A stretch of 64,000 nt of DNA. Source: Veleropilina oligotropha. Its lineage: Eukaryota. Below the pieces are notes generated by a model. It saw only the letters and a list, made by a program, of their open reading frames with translations, was not told where the DNA came from and did no database searches. The position numbers were made by a program, and so were the translations under genes. The DNA lies in the NCBI GenBank assembly GCA_048128005.1, contig JBEUKZ010000036.1, positions 62,001 through 126,000 on the forward strand, read 5' to 3'. Of the stretch, positions 1 to 12,157 are shown piece after piece (the stretch's first letter is position 1; each line of letters begins with the position of its first letter).

Positions 1-24
1 AATAACCTGCCCACAGCATGCCAT

Positions 25-215
25 TCACTCACTTATTGACATACCGGTCACTCACCTCTTGACATACAGGTCACTGACCTGAATGCATCATACCAGTTAC
101 TCGCCTGTCCAGATCATACTGGTCACTCACTTGACCGCAGCATGCCAGAGTATGCTGGTCACTCACCTGTCCAGACCATATCGGTCACTCACCTGACCGC
201 AGCATACCAGTCAGT
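25..215. repeat. Degenerate ~27-bp tandem repeat built around the PORCN exon/intron junction
   Basis: Variants of ATACYGGTCACTCACCTG recur at about 41, 64, 90, 116, 150 and 178. Confidence 0.6.
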
Positions 216-442
216 CGGCTGACCAGGCACAGCACCAAGAGCACGCCAAGACTCTGAACGGCCTGAGTGATGGCGGGCAGCACGCAGTTGTCCAGCAGCT
301 CCCAGGCGGTCATCGCCAGGTACGTGTCAGAGGCGTGGTACGAGTACTGACCGTTCATCATCTCGGACAAATACTCGTCCTCGTCGTAATAATCGTCCAT
401 GAGATAATCGCCGTCCATATCATCGTAGAATTCCTCGACCAT
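193..442 (-). CDS. PORCN: First coding exon of a Porcupine-like protein-serine O-palmitoleoyltransferase (MBOAT family); the gene continues off the left edge
   Basis: An acidic, Tyr-rich N-terminus is followed by WELLDNCVLPAITQAVQSLGVLLVLCLVSRL, which resembles the Porcupine N-terminus as I recall it ([29 protein letters not shown]). The exon is bounded by acceptor TTCCAG| (exon start 464) and donor CAG|GTGAGT (after 193). Recognised from memory, not by search. Confidence 0.75.
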
Positions 443-694
443 CCTGGAACTCCGGCCACCTCACCTGGAATCAACATATAAAGGTAATATTCGGTGGGCA
501 ATGCATTCCATGTATCATATTTTACAAGACCGTATGAATAATAGAATTGGATCTGGTTACCTTGGATGATAATTCAATCTGTATTCCACTGCCAGACGGA
601 AGAAGAATTATATTTCCCAGAATGTGTCATATGCCTGGCCCAGGATGTTAGCTATGATACTGGTAGTTATCTCAAAAGGTTATGTAATATGGTA

Positions 695-885
695 AAATGC
701 TCGGTCAATCGCGACCGCATATGTATATGCATATGTATATGCATATGTATCCCCCGGCAAATCCAAGAAGGTCGGACCACACGAGAAATGTATAGATATT
801 GTGTCCTCGACCCAACCAATGTACATACCAAATTTGGAAACATTCCGTTATGAAATTCCCTGTCTAGATTGTTCACGAGGAATCT
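695..885 (+). repeat. Fragment of the dispersed repeat family also present at 11239-11745
   Basis: Shares GGTCGGACCACAC...CCCAACCAATGTACATACCAAATTTG...CATTCCGTTA and ATGTATCCCCCGG with 11270-11700. Confidence 0.6.
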
Positions 886-1310
886 CTTGGCAGCGGCAGA
901 TGCGCATTACATACGCTAAACAACAGTATACCCCAAAAGTTATTAAGAGATAAAATTAATTTGCTCAAACTAAAAAAAGATATATTTTGGTAAACTTTTG
1001 GTCTTATAATTAATATACATTCTGAAGTTTGATGCTGGAATTCAATGAACACATTCATCCAAAAACGCCAATCACAACATCGGACTTATATTACATACCT
1101 ATGTACAGACACAGTGAAAGCAATATATATGCTCTTCGGGAATATCTTGCAAAGGCATAAAAAACGTTTCGATAAGATGCTGGTGTCTTCTATATATACA
1201 TATATATGCTTCTTACAGATCCCTTTGATGTGCATTTCACAAACATCAATACACAATTTCCCTTCTTAAAATCCGAGTCCACACTGTTTCATCAAGATGA
1301 ACGCAATGAA

Positions 1311-1530
1311 AAGAGGATTAAGGGTAATCCTAGTATTAACAATAATATACTTACGTCCTTACTAATGCCATAATGGCCCCATTATCGCTAAACCGGAAGT
1401 TGAAAATTTTTACAATTTTTGCACCTCTTATTAAAAACTTACCTCCCCTTCCTACCACCTCTCCAGGTTCCCAATAGAATACGCATCAGAAGACCCCAAT
1501 AGAATGCGTATATCAACTCATTCAAGTGTC
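1311..1530 (-). repeat. Family A 3' inverted LTR plus terminal extension
   Basis: Reverse complement of 8502-8687. The outer AAGAGGATTAAGGGTAATCCTAGTATTAAC is unique to this end and is complemented in the ICR. Confidence 0.93.
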
Positions 1531-1605
1531 CTAGCGAAACCACAGCTATATCAGGAACTTAGAGAGGGGAGGAATGCGTGTACCACGCATAGGGAGGGCA
1601 AAACG

Positions 1606-1695
1606 AGTAAGGACGTAAGTATATTATTGTTAATACTAGGATTACCCTTAATCCTCTTATTAACTACAAATATACTTACGTCCTTACTAATGCCA
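1606..1695 (-). other. Family A internal complementary region (ICR)
   Basis: The reverse complement of 1311-1363 is joined directly to the reverse complement of 8662-8699, i.e. a copy of the circle junction. Confidence 0.93.
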
Positions 1696-2498
1696 GAATA
1701 ACCTTGGATAGGCGGGCTAAGTTCTAGTGTAAACACAACAACCAACCCATAATCAAGATTATAAATACTCACGCCATCTGAATCAGCCTCGTAGAGATGA
1801 CTCGAAATGATCCGCCCAGAGAGAAATGATCTGAGTATTATTTCTACTCTTACCGCGAATAAGTTTGACCAGTAAACCTGGGATAAACTCGCTCGAGTGG
1901 GTTAGTGGATCGAGATGGCAAGAAGTGCAGTCATCCCCTGACCTGGACGTATGTAATACACCGGACTCTCAGATCTAGGGTAGAAGTGACCAAATGGAAG
2001 ACCCGGGCCTCATGGGCCGGCACCCAGAAGGGCACAGTCCTTGATAAACACAGCCTGAAATGATGCAGGATAATTATCAAATACAGCAAGTATAAATCAA
2101 TAAATATATTGACAACATACATAATCGCGTGACCAACCCGCGAAGGCTAACCTGACAATAACCATCAGGTTACTTAAAGAAAGTTAAAATAATTTTTAGA
2201 ATTAAATTTTTTTCCAATGTCCCTCAAAGGACACCGTATGCTCATAACAGCGATGAACATATTTAAAACACAAAAAATCAAATAACCTTTAAGTTTTGTG
2301 CACACACAAGTAATATCCGAAACTGGCAAAGTCATTAACTCAGACCTGACGGTAATTAATTCCAATAAATTAATAAATTAATAATTTATTAAATAAGAAA
2401 ATTACATCGGATAACCTCAAGGAGTTCTAAATAACTCGATAGAACGACTTGTAAATGCATTTCAATGATAAGAAAAAGCAGACATGTGTCACTCACCA

Positions 2499-4415
2499 TC
2501 ACTGATTAGTTGACCTTGGACGAACAATAGAAGTTTGTGCAGCTACGCATTGCAAGCTACTGAGTCCATCAGCACCCGTCGAGAAGTCTCGCAGGTAATG
2601 CCTAACAAAGACATTGGCATTTCTCCAATAACCTGCCTCAAGAAGAGCAGACATGCTTAGAGTATGACGAAAAGCGAGGGATGTCGATATCGCACGGACT
2701 TCGTGCGCGGTGATGCGAACAACGTCGCGGTCTAATACCTGAGAACGGAGGTAAACAGTCTTTACTGTTTGAGCGATCCAACGAGACACAGTGCTTTTAT
2801 GAACGTCCCGTTTAAAAGTCGGCATATAGGAAATGAATAAACGTCTTTTTCCCAGCCTCATGTCTCGAGTGCGATCCAGGTAATAGCGCAGTGCGCGCAC
2901 GGGGCAATTCATGCGGTCCCGGTCGGAGCGATCGACGATCGATAGACTGGGAATAACAACATCATGCGGTGCATCTCCGGGCCGTTGAGTCTTTGCGATG
3001 AAGCCAAGTACGGAACGTAAAATAACCGACCCATCGGTATGGAATCTGATGTCCCTAAGCTCTGCAGAGAAGCTGTGGATTTCCGATGACCGCCGGCCCG
3101 ACGCCAAAGCGATAAGGAACACCGTTTTGTGAGTAATATCTTTAAGGGAAGCTTTACTCATGGGTTCGTAGGGCGGTCGAAGCAGAGCGTTAAGAACTAA
3201 CACTATATTCCAGGCTGGCGGCCGCACCAGCGCGCAGGGTCGTTCGATATCATAGGAACGGATATAATCCGATATAGTACGGTCAGTACACAGGTTGACT
3301 CGAGCGCGGCATTGCCGTAGCGTTGTAGCTATAGTGGCCCGATAGCCCTTGACCGTGATGGTTGATAATCCTTGATTAAACAGCGAGGATAAAAACTCTA
3401 TGAAGTCGTTTATAGCCGGGCGGAGTATATCGATCGCCCGGCCGTTACACCAATCCACGTATTTGTTCCATCTATAGTCGTAGACACGTGTCGTGGATTG
3501 TCGTCTCGATCGATAGATGCGACGGGCAATTGCTGTAGAAAATCCTTTCTTAAGCAGGGATCGTTCGATAATCGCCAGGCGTGAAGTCTGAAGTCGCTCG
3601 GCGACTGGTGGAGTACACGTGTGCGCGGTTGCATTAACAGGTCTGGTCTCTGCGGTAGCGCTAGCGGTGTGTCGATGATCAGATCGAGAAGTGTCGGAAA
3701 CCAAGGTTGCGATCGGTGTAGGGGCGCTATCAGCGTCAGTTCGCAACGTTCCCGCGATACTTTCCGTAACACTAGGTGTAGAATACACGTCGGGGGAAAG
3801 GCATACGCGATCAGATTCTCCCATGACATGGACAGCGCGTCGACTGACAGGGCTGCCGGGTCCGGGTAGGGGGATACGTACAGAGGGAGTCGGTAATTGA
3901 ACTCTGTTGCAAATAGATCGACTTGGGGCTGTGACCACCGGCGACAGACCTCCCGGGCTACTCGGCTGTGTAGCGTCCACTCTGTGTGTATAATCTGTGA
4001 TTTCCGAGAGAGCGAGTCCGCTCGGACGTTCAGTACTCCCGGGATGTGTCTTGCTCGTATCGTCGAGTCGAGGGACATCACTAGGCGGTGTAGGTCGATA
4101 GCTCGGTCGCATAGGGGACGCGAGCGGGTCCCGCCCTGGTGTTGAACGTAAGCAACGACAGTCGTGTTGTCCGTAGCCAGCATAATGTGTTTGCTGTGAA
4201 GGAGTTCCGAGAAAGATTGAACTGACAGGAAGACCGCTTCCAACTCTAACAGGTTGATGTGTCGTCCACGTAGTTCCTCCGGCCATAGGCCTGACGTCTC
4301 GTGACTGTCGAGGTGACCCCCCCAGCCTTCGTTCGAAGCGTCTGTAAACAGGTAGGCATTCGGTTCTGGCAGGGAGATAGGAACCGACTGGCTCGGCATA
4401 GTGGGGTCCAACCAC
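2499..4415 (-). CDS. Family A tyrosine recombinase ORF (YR domain at about 2499-3600; the upstream part overlaps RT/RH/MT)
   Basis: Motifs LIALASGRRSSEI, CPVRALRYY, HEVRAIS, GYW and FVRHY. Confidence 0.92.
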   Translation of the reverse strand: MVGPHYAEPVGSYLPARTECLPVYRRFERRLGGSPRQSRDVRPMAGGTTWTTHQPVRVGSGLPVSSIFLGTPSQQTHYAGYGQHDCRCLRSTPGRDPLASPMRPSYRPTPPSDVPRLDDTSKTHPGSTERPSGLALSEITDYTHRVDATQPSSPGGLSPVVTAPSRSICNRVQLPTPSVRIPLPGPGSPVSRRAVHVMGESDRVCLSPDVYSTPSVTESIAGTLRTDADSAPTPIATLVSDTSRSDHRHTASATAETRPVNATAHTCTPPVAERLQTSRLAIIERSLLKKGFSTAIARRIYRSRRQSTTRVYDYRWNKYVDWCNGRAIDILRPAINDFIEFLSSLFNQGLSTITVKGYRATIATTLRQCRARVNLCTDRTISDYIRSYDIERPCALVRPPAWNIVLVLNALLRPPYEPMSKASLKDITHKTVFLIALASGRRSSEIHSFSAELRDIRFHTDGSVILRSVLGFIAKTQRPGDAPHDVVIPSLSIVDRSDRDRMNCPVRALRYYLDRTRDMRLGKRRLFISYMPTFKRDVHKSTVSRWIAQTVKTVYLRSQVLDRDVVRITAHEVRAISTSLAFRHTLSMSALLEAGYWRNANVFVRHYLRDFSTGADGLSSLQCVAAQTSIVRPRSTNQ

Positions 4416-5769
4416 ACTGCTGTCGTGGCGTCGACCAATGCCGTAGATCGATGCGATCCGACCACTGTCCCGTACGTTGCACCCATCGTTCCTTGAGGGC
4501 CTGTTGTACGGGCCGCTTGTCCATGCGGCCCCTCGGTAGCAAGGGAGCTACCGACTCGATGTGCCCTAGGACAGTGGCCAGTTGACGAGCCGTGGTTACT
4601 TCGTGGGATGCAGTCTCCTGAATCACGGCTCGTAGGTTCCCAGTGCGTTTCTCTGTAGGCTTCGCGGTAAAGAGGACCGTGTCGAAGTCGACTCCGAGGA
4701 ACGTGAACGTCGTCGAGGGCACGAAGCAGGATTTCGTCTCGTTGATCTGGAATCCCAGGCGCTTCGTCGATGACAGAGTAAAGCTCAGGGACTGGTGGCA
4801 CTGCTCTCGGGACGCCCCGAGAATCAACCAGTCGTCGAGGTACATGTGTACTCTGTGCCCATGCGAGTGTAGGAAGGCTCCGAGGGCCTTTACTATCCGC
4901 GTGAAGACGTACGGGGCTGACGATAGACCGAACGGTAGGCACCTGAATTGGTACGTAGTCTGCCCGTGTATGAACCGAAGGTATCTGTGGGTCGATGGAT
5001 GCATCGGTACGTGTAGATACGCGTCGGTAAGATCGATAGACGCTGCCCAGTCGCCCGGACGGATGGCCGCACGTATCTTCGCCAGTGTTTCTTGCTGGAA
5101 CTTCTCGGGACGAAGATACTGGTTGAGGAACGAGAGATCGAGGATCGGTCTCCAGCGGCCGTCTGCCTTCGGGACCAGGAAGAAATGGCTGTAATATCCT
5201 GGTGTGCTGGGCGGCGCGGGATAGATGGCTCCCTTGTGGAGTAAATCCCGCACTGCCTGGTCTAAGACAGCTTGTTTCTCGCTGCCGAGAAGACGAGCCT
5301 GTCTTGGTGGTACCTCGGCTAGGGCTGGTTGCCGGATAAAAGCGGGTCTGTATCCGGCACTCACGACTGAGTGAACCCAACTCAAGCCTGCTAGCTCCAG
5401 CCACAACGGGCTGTAGGCTAACAGACACGCTCCCACCGGCGGGAGCGCTGAGCTGGGGCCTTCGCAAGTGCCGGCAGCCCTAGGGCCGAGGCGGCTTCCC
5501 TCTCCGGCTCTGACCGGATCTCGTTGGAGGTGCTGTGGGCCGACGGGTCTTATTAGCCGGAGGCTTGCCTGTCGGTTTCTTTGCACTCTTGGGAGGCTTG
5601 CCACCCCTCGCGGGGGCAGCAGGGCGCTTCCCTCTCGGTCCAGCCGTCTGCACCTGGGCAGGTGCCAGAACGGCCTTCTCGATGGCCCTGTCCTTGAGCT
5701 CGGCAGCCCTCTTCGCGACAAATTCCCCGAACTTGTCCCCGAAGAGGGTCGAGGCCGACACTGGAACAC
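3410..5769 (-). pseudogene. Family A RT-RNaseH-methyltransferase-like ORF with one 1-nt frameshift near 4430
   Basis: IDLTDAYLHVP, LPFGLSSAP and YLDD lie in the 4246-5769 frame; FTDAS, HINLLELEA, TDN, VDLFAT and YAFPP lie in the 3410-5467 frame. Confidence 0.92.
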
Positions 5770-7707
5770 ATCGCAACGAGCGCCGGGTGGTCTCGTCCAA
5801 CGTGGTCATTTCCAGGCATGCGTCCCTCCGAAGAAGGAGAGCATTGCCCAGGACATGGGCCGACTCCAACGCGCAAGTCTCCATGGCGGTGGCCACCTCG
5901 TGCAGGTATGTAAGCGCGGCCTCTCTGGCACCGGGCTCATCCTGCTGTAGGACGGCAATCGCCCCATCCAAGAACGAGTCTTGGACAGACGATTGCCGCA
6001 GAGCTCGTCGGGCAGAGCTCTCGAAATGTTCCATGGCGGCCCATGGAATTTTCGCCGACGAGGGGGTCGAACTGGACGTCAGGCGACGCATCTCTGCATC
6101 GATCCTGGCCGTGTCAGTCGCCAGGCACGGACTACTACAGGCGATCGGAGACGATCTACTGGAAGTCCGTAGGCACCTGCCCTTACGATATCCCAGGGGA
6201 TAATCGGTCAGAGAGGTGGACCCCACTGCTTTAGACCCCTGAATGGTACGGGTCACCTTGTCCAAGACAAGGTCGACCAGCCCAGACTGGGGGAGAACTG
6301 AGAGCTGGGGCGCTTCAGTCTCAACAAAGCGGTGTGCCGCCGTCCTGTGCTTGGTTTGTGTTACGGAATCATCATATTCCGGCATACCAAGCACCCCACG
6401 CAACGATCGCACAGCTTCACGTTGTCTGTGGGCGGTGGAGATGGGCTCTAGAGTGCCTGTGTGACTCGAGGAGTCATCAGGGCCGACCGATTCAGGAGGA
6501 TCGACGAGATTGGAGTCGGGAGCTCTCCCCAGGAGAGTCGACGTCCATCTCAGTTTCTAGAGCCCGGCTCTGCGTCACGGGCAGAGTGGTAGGTCGTTGG
6601 GGGGTCTGCACAGCAGCCGTATCCCAAGACCTACGCTGGGCCTCGCACTCTGCCGCGATCAATGCTCGCATGGTCTCAAGAGAGAACCCGGGAGGCATGA
6701 CGGGCAGTGATCCAACAGCCATTGGATCAGGCGAAGTCACCGTGACGTTTTGGTGGAATGCTTGCCGGGGGTTCGGGAACCGAGGTCCCTGAAGCTCCCC
6801 GTAACGGCCCGCATGGAATAACTGGCCCGAAGGCACGGTATGGCATGCAGAAGCCCCGTCGGTCAGTGGCCACTGACCGTACGGGTACACCGCTGGGCCA
6901 ACCTGGTCAGGGAAATCCCTGTAGGACCGGGTCGGCGCATTCAAACCGTCCCCCCCGATGGTCGAGTGGCTAGGCCAGCTGCGAGCATGGGAGGGTCCTC
7001 CGTTGTCGACGTGAGCCCCCATGTCGAGAATGAAACCCTCTCGGGTCACCTCATCATGGGACGTCGGAACGGGCTTCGAGGTGTCCGGCAACGCGATCGC
7101 GATGATCGGGCACGGCAATCAAGTCCTCTTTCTCTTCCGTCTGCCTCGGTAAGCCATACTGCGCAGGGCAGCTGGGGGTACCAAGGTTTCTGGGAGAAGG
7201 ATGATCGATCCTCTGCTCCACCAGGGCTGGTGAAGAGGAAGAGGAAAGACCACCCCCAGCAGGTCGGTGGTCCGGCCGGTCTGTCTCGTGGGCCAACGAG
7301 ACAAGTTGGTCGGCACTCGGTGAGCCGCTGATAGGAGGAGGAGGGACATGCACTCGGGCATTTACCTGAACCTGCGTAACCTCTTGGGTTCCGGCGACGC
7401 CCGCCCCCAGGGTCGCGGTGGAAACCAAGGATACGGCGCCGGCTGCAAGCTGCACAGCTGCGGTAGGTCCCTCTGAAGAAGAAGAAGAAGGTTTTGCAAT
7501 TAGCACACTTACCTCCTTTTCCGGTTTCGGAACATCAGTCTTCTTCGGCGCCGGGTAAAGTATGTTCCATTGCCTCTCTGAAAGAACCCTACAATGTGGG
7601 CAGTCCTCAGGGCAGGATCTCTGTCGCTGTCGGCAATACACACAGAACTTATGCTTGTCAAAGCTATGGATTTTCCGGGTGCACTCGGGGTCGGCACATC
7701 TACCCAT
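5480..7707 (-). pseudogene. Family A gag-like ORF1 (N-terminal Cys/His finger, C-terminal LRRDA...LFG block), broken by 1-nt indels near 7050-7120 and 6520; contains a mini-intron at 7473-7512
   Basis: Three ORF pieces align collinearly with the family B gag (MPPGFS, HRTAAHRFV, LPQSGLVDLV, LGNALLLRRDACLE). Confidence 0.85.
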
Positions 7708-8501
7708 AGTTGACTACACGGAAGGTGGGAACGGGAATAAAAAAAAATTTCCTGGAAGAATTTGTCAGGTAACTCCTACACTAACGGCGGTTCAACCCCC
7801 GAAAGTGTACCTCACTCGAAGCTGAGTGAGGCTAGAAAAAGAAATAAACCGTTCCGACTGGAAAACGCGCGACTACAACCCTAACTAAGCGGGACTCGCT
7901 TAGGTAAGGTTGGCGAGAAAAAACAACAGGAACTTTGTGTTCTAAAAGAAGGTAGTGGAACCTTCTAGCAAAGTAACCGGACGGGTTGTTAGGAGGGTGA
8001 GCGAGTTATCCCAGGTTTGGCAGATAGAACCTAATTTTGTAAATTTCCAAAAATCTGCCTTCTAGAGACTCAAGTGGTTAATTAAACCTAAGCAAGAATT
8101 AGCCTCTAGGGTATTATTAATATAATTAATATACCGTAAATACAGTAATTAAACAATATTTAGTTAATTAATGCACAGTATACAATAAGAACAGTAATGA
8201 AAGAGTTTCCTATCTGAAATTCGTTCTCTCTAGGCGTCCATGCTTGGTGTCGATTTCTCGATTAAAGATGGCTGCTTGGCGGGAAAACTGTCTTCAAATC
8301 ACTGTCTTTCACCACACAAAAGTCTATTCCAATATTAAATTGGACAGGCGATCCAGCTTCTAATCACTCCATCAGTCACATTAAGTACTACCCGTAATCT
8401 TCCGAAATAATTCCAGAATCCAACAGGAGATCGAAGAATTGTTGCAAGATTTTCACTCTAACATTGCTACATCTTATATAGGTGTTGTCGGTTTGAGCGG
8501 A

Positions 8502-8699
8502 GACACTTGAATGAGTTGATATACGCATTCTATTGGGGTCTTCTGATGCGTATTCTATTGGGAACCTGGAGAGGTGGTAGGAAGGGGAGGTAAGTTTTTA
8601 ATAAGAGGTGCAAAAATTGTAAAATTTGTCAACTTCCGGTTTAGCGATAATGGGGCCATTATGGCATTAGTAAGGACGTAAGTATATTTGTAGTTAATA
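8502..8699 (-). repeat. Family A 5' inverted LTR (likely promoter)
   Basis: Inverted copy of 1346-1530; contains an ETS-like ACCGGAAGT and TTACGT. Confidence 0.93.
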
Positions 8700-10045
8700 C
8701 AATTGCATATGTTAACTGATATTTAACATCTTGAGTCGAACACAAACGAGAGTTTAGATTCATTAGTGGCGCTCGTGTCAACATGGGAGTTCAGCTTATG
8801 ATATAAAAGTGACAGTTTTGACCCTTTATTCTTTAAGGGAGCCGGATTTTGTCCATTTACATGCTGAATGACTCCCACGAGAGATACCTCGGCGAGTCAA
8901 TATCGATTCTTACATGGTTTACGATGGCTATTATAACAATGGGAAGCTGATAAACATTTTCAAGAAATTGGCTGTTTATATAATTTTGCTCTGATATGAG
9001 AGAGGGAAAAATGACAAGTTCTTAAGCCATTGGAATTTATCAAAATTGACATTCTACAATATGTCTAATATCTTCTTATTGATCAGAAGCCATGTGATAA
9101 CTGGTTTATTTTAAGTGACTGACATCTTCTTCCATAGACCAGAATAAGAAATAGGATAAATTAAATGCAGTTCATACACCACGGTACTACCGCTTACATA
9201 AACGGGAGTTTCAATATTACAAAATATATTGGTTAAACTATATAATGGTAAAATATATGGTCTTGTCCTTACGTCTCTTGAAGAAGAAAAAAAACTGACT
9301 TCAAAATGTAAACAAATACAGCTAACTATCTTTAACTCTAATCTTATACATTTACGACACCCTGGACATTTGGATTTGATTCTGATCATTTCATTAATTA
9401 CGTGTGAACCTGTGTGCATGTGAATCGCTGCCTTGCGAGAATAAACTGCATGGCGACAACATCGGCACTTTATAATTCCTCCTGCATCAGCAACGACGAC
9501 TGACGGATCCGAAGGCTGATTTACCAAGGCTAATCACTCACCGCTCATCGATTTGAACTCAATTTCTGCAAATTGACAGTCCTTGGAATTAAGACGTAAT
9601 TTAACAGAGAAGCGGTTACAATTATTCCGATCACGTGCGTGAATGAACATCAAATTTAATAAAAATCGATGTTCAATTTCAAAGAGGTAATATATAGTGT
9701 ATTACCAGATGTGGTAAAATTGGCACAGAAGATTAAAAGCATGAATATTGAATCCAAGCATATCTCAATTGGTTTTACATGTGCTGGAATGATTGACCCC
9801 ATGTACACGTTTTTACATGACCATCATCAGATTCTGCATAACAGATTTGATCTTTGGTTAAAATCAAATTGATGTATTTTTGCCACTGTCCTGTAGCATT
9901 GACATATGGGCAAATGTTCCCATTATTTCAAGAAATCCTTATCTAGTTTTAGAAAAGACATAGCAGAATATCTATTGAGAAATGCTCTCCTAAATGTTCA
10001 TGGATAACCATGACTAATAAATCATAATTTTGATTATAAAGAGAA

Positions 10046-11120
10046 TTAAAGCTGCCAAGCAGCTGTAGAGGGCTTCAGGCTGAAATGGATCCGTTAAGTT
10101 TTTTTTTTTTTTTTAACTTTTAGATTTAATTTTTAAATATTTTAATTTTTTTCCTTAGAATTTTATTAATATATACACTGAATCGAATGCCGCAAATTTC
10201 AGGTCTGTACGCCACGTAGGTCTCCAGTTCTGGCCTTTTTAAGGAAAATGTGGTAGCCATTTATTTTTTTTTCGAATTTTTTTATTATCCTAATTTAAAA
10301 TATCTAAGCTCTAGCATCAATATTAACAGAGTTTGCCATTTCCTGACCATTTTCTGGCAAACATATGTCTTTTTCTGCCGAAAATATGTCGTTTTCCTTA
10401 ATTAGGTCATTTTCTGCAATGTAGATCAACTGAGGCCAAAGGTCAAGGTCACATGTGAAAGATCAACCATGACTTCCCATAGGGTCCCCATAGTAACTAT
10501 GTGTCCACGGCGCATCCTTGTTGATATATTGGCACTTGAAAGAAAAGCTTTAATGGCCGTCGAGGCACTTCCTGTTTTTCAATTTTATCTTGTAAATTTG
10601 GTAAATGTTGACTACACACGTCAATAGGAGTTCATTTCATGCACTATAGGCCCACATATATGCATTTTTCCTTAATTAGGTCATTTCCTGCAATGTAGGT
10701 CAACTGAGGTCAAAGGTCAAGGTCAAATTTGAAAGCCCAACCATGACTTCCCATAGGCTCCCCATAGTAACCATGGGTCTACGGTGCATCATTTTCAAGA
10801 TATAGCCATTTTAAATTGATTTCGCTATGGCCACGCACGCAGCGGCCTCCTTTTACGACCGATCGATTTTTCGCTTGCAATATAACTTCCCCTTAGTACG
10901 TCAATCATATCTGGAAAGTCTTCCCTCGCTGTCATTGGCGGTTTTTGAGAAAAAGATTTGTTTAGAGTTTTAATATATTCAAAATGGCGGCCAAACCGCA
11001 ATTCCTAGACAGTCAATTTTACAGTTTCACACGAGTTCCATACTATACCTGTCTACTTCTGAATTTTGAAATGCATCACATTTGTAGTTTCAGAGATCCG
11101 TTAGGAACAAACTATCACGA

Positions 11121-11153
<33 letters not shown>

Positions 11154-11205
11154 TCCTACAATTTCAATAGGGCTTCAGCCTTTTCAAGGCCTGAAGCCCT
11201 AATAA
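10046..11205 (+). mobile_element. Non-autonomous Helentron/HINE-like element
   Basis: Starts TTAAAGCTGCCAAGCAGC...AGGGCTTCAG; has an internal ~270-bp duplication (10395-10800) and (ATA)n; ends in the hairpin TAGGGCTTCAG...CTGAAGCCCTA followed by ATAA. Confidence 0.7.
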
Positions 11206-11238
11206 CTGCCTAATAGCATCAGGTTATATCCCCTATTC

Positions 11239-11745
11239 AACTAGAACGCTCAGTCAAGAGTGACAGCATATATGTATCCCCCGGTAATGACCTGTCTAGA
11301 GTGATCACAAGGAATTATGCTTTAAAATCCAAGATGGAGGCCACAGCGGCCATCTTGGAGGTCGGACCACACCCAAAATCTCATGTGTCGTGTCCTCGCC
11401 CAAACCAATACACATACCAAATTTGAAAACATTCCGTTAAGAAATGACCTGTCTAGAACGATCACAAGCAATGATGGTGGACGTGGCGCCATCTTGGAGG
11501 TCGGACCACACCCAAAAATTGAAAATCTATAGGTGTTGTGTCGTCGGCCCAACCAATGTACATACCAAATATGAAAACATTCCATTAAGAAATGGCCTGT
11601 TGAAAGCGATCACAAGGAATTATGCTTTAAAATCCAAGATGGAGGCCCTAGCAAAATCTATAGGTGTCGTGTTCCCACCCAACCAATGCACATACCAAAT
11701 TTGAAAACATTCTGTTAAGAAATGGCTTGTCTAGAGCTAAACCAT
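11239..11745 (+). repeat. Degenerate tandem repeat (~120-160 bp units), probably the internal array of a Helentron-like element
   Basis: Repeated AAATGACCTGTCTAGA..GATCACAAG, GCCATCTTGGAGGTCGGACCACACCC and CATACCAAATTTGAAAACATT. Confidence 0.6.
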
Positions 11746-12157
11746 ATTATCACTTTCACTAACCACGTCGCGGCCCAGCATCATAACCACTAAGCTACTA
11801 TTACAATGCCACACTAGGCGACCAGGGAGGAGGGTCAACTTGGTAGATCATGATGAGAATACTTATCATATATGATATTACGTGTAATCGCGAATGAGAT
11901 TTTCACATTTAGTCAGACGAATGAACGACTTTCTGACAACCGCATTTAAAATAGGACACAACTGACAAATTGTTAAAATTTGGTCATAAATGGTAAAACC
12001 TCAAATGGTCCAATCTAATCATGTTTGAAACCATAAGAATGCTCACATGTTTGTACCAATATAGATCATCAGTACGAACCAAGTAAGACAAGTAAATCCC
12101 TTTTACGTCACATTTAATGCCAACTATTACAAGTAAAATCCAAGTTTTGCCCTGAGC

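Larger units (their letters stand above)
1311..8699 (-). mobile_element. DIRS1-type YR retrotransposon, family A, full length (~7.4 kb) with a few 1-nt frameshifts
   Basis: Inverted LTRs (1346-1530 vs 8502-8687, near identical), a 3' extension and an ICR; gag, RT/RNaseH/MT and tyrosine recombinase ORFs; no TSD. Confidence 0.97.

Noticed and set aside
9111..9527. 138-aa Cys-containing ORF
   Set aside because: Non-ATG start, AT-rich, and no recognisable domain or splice support.
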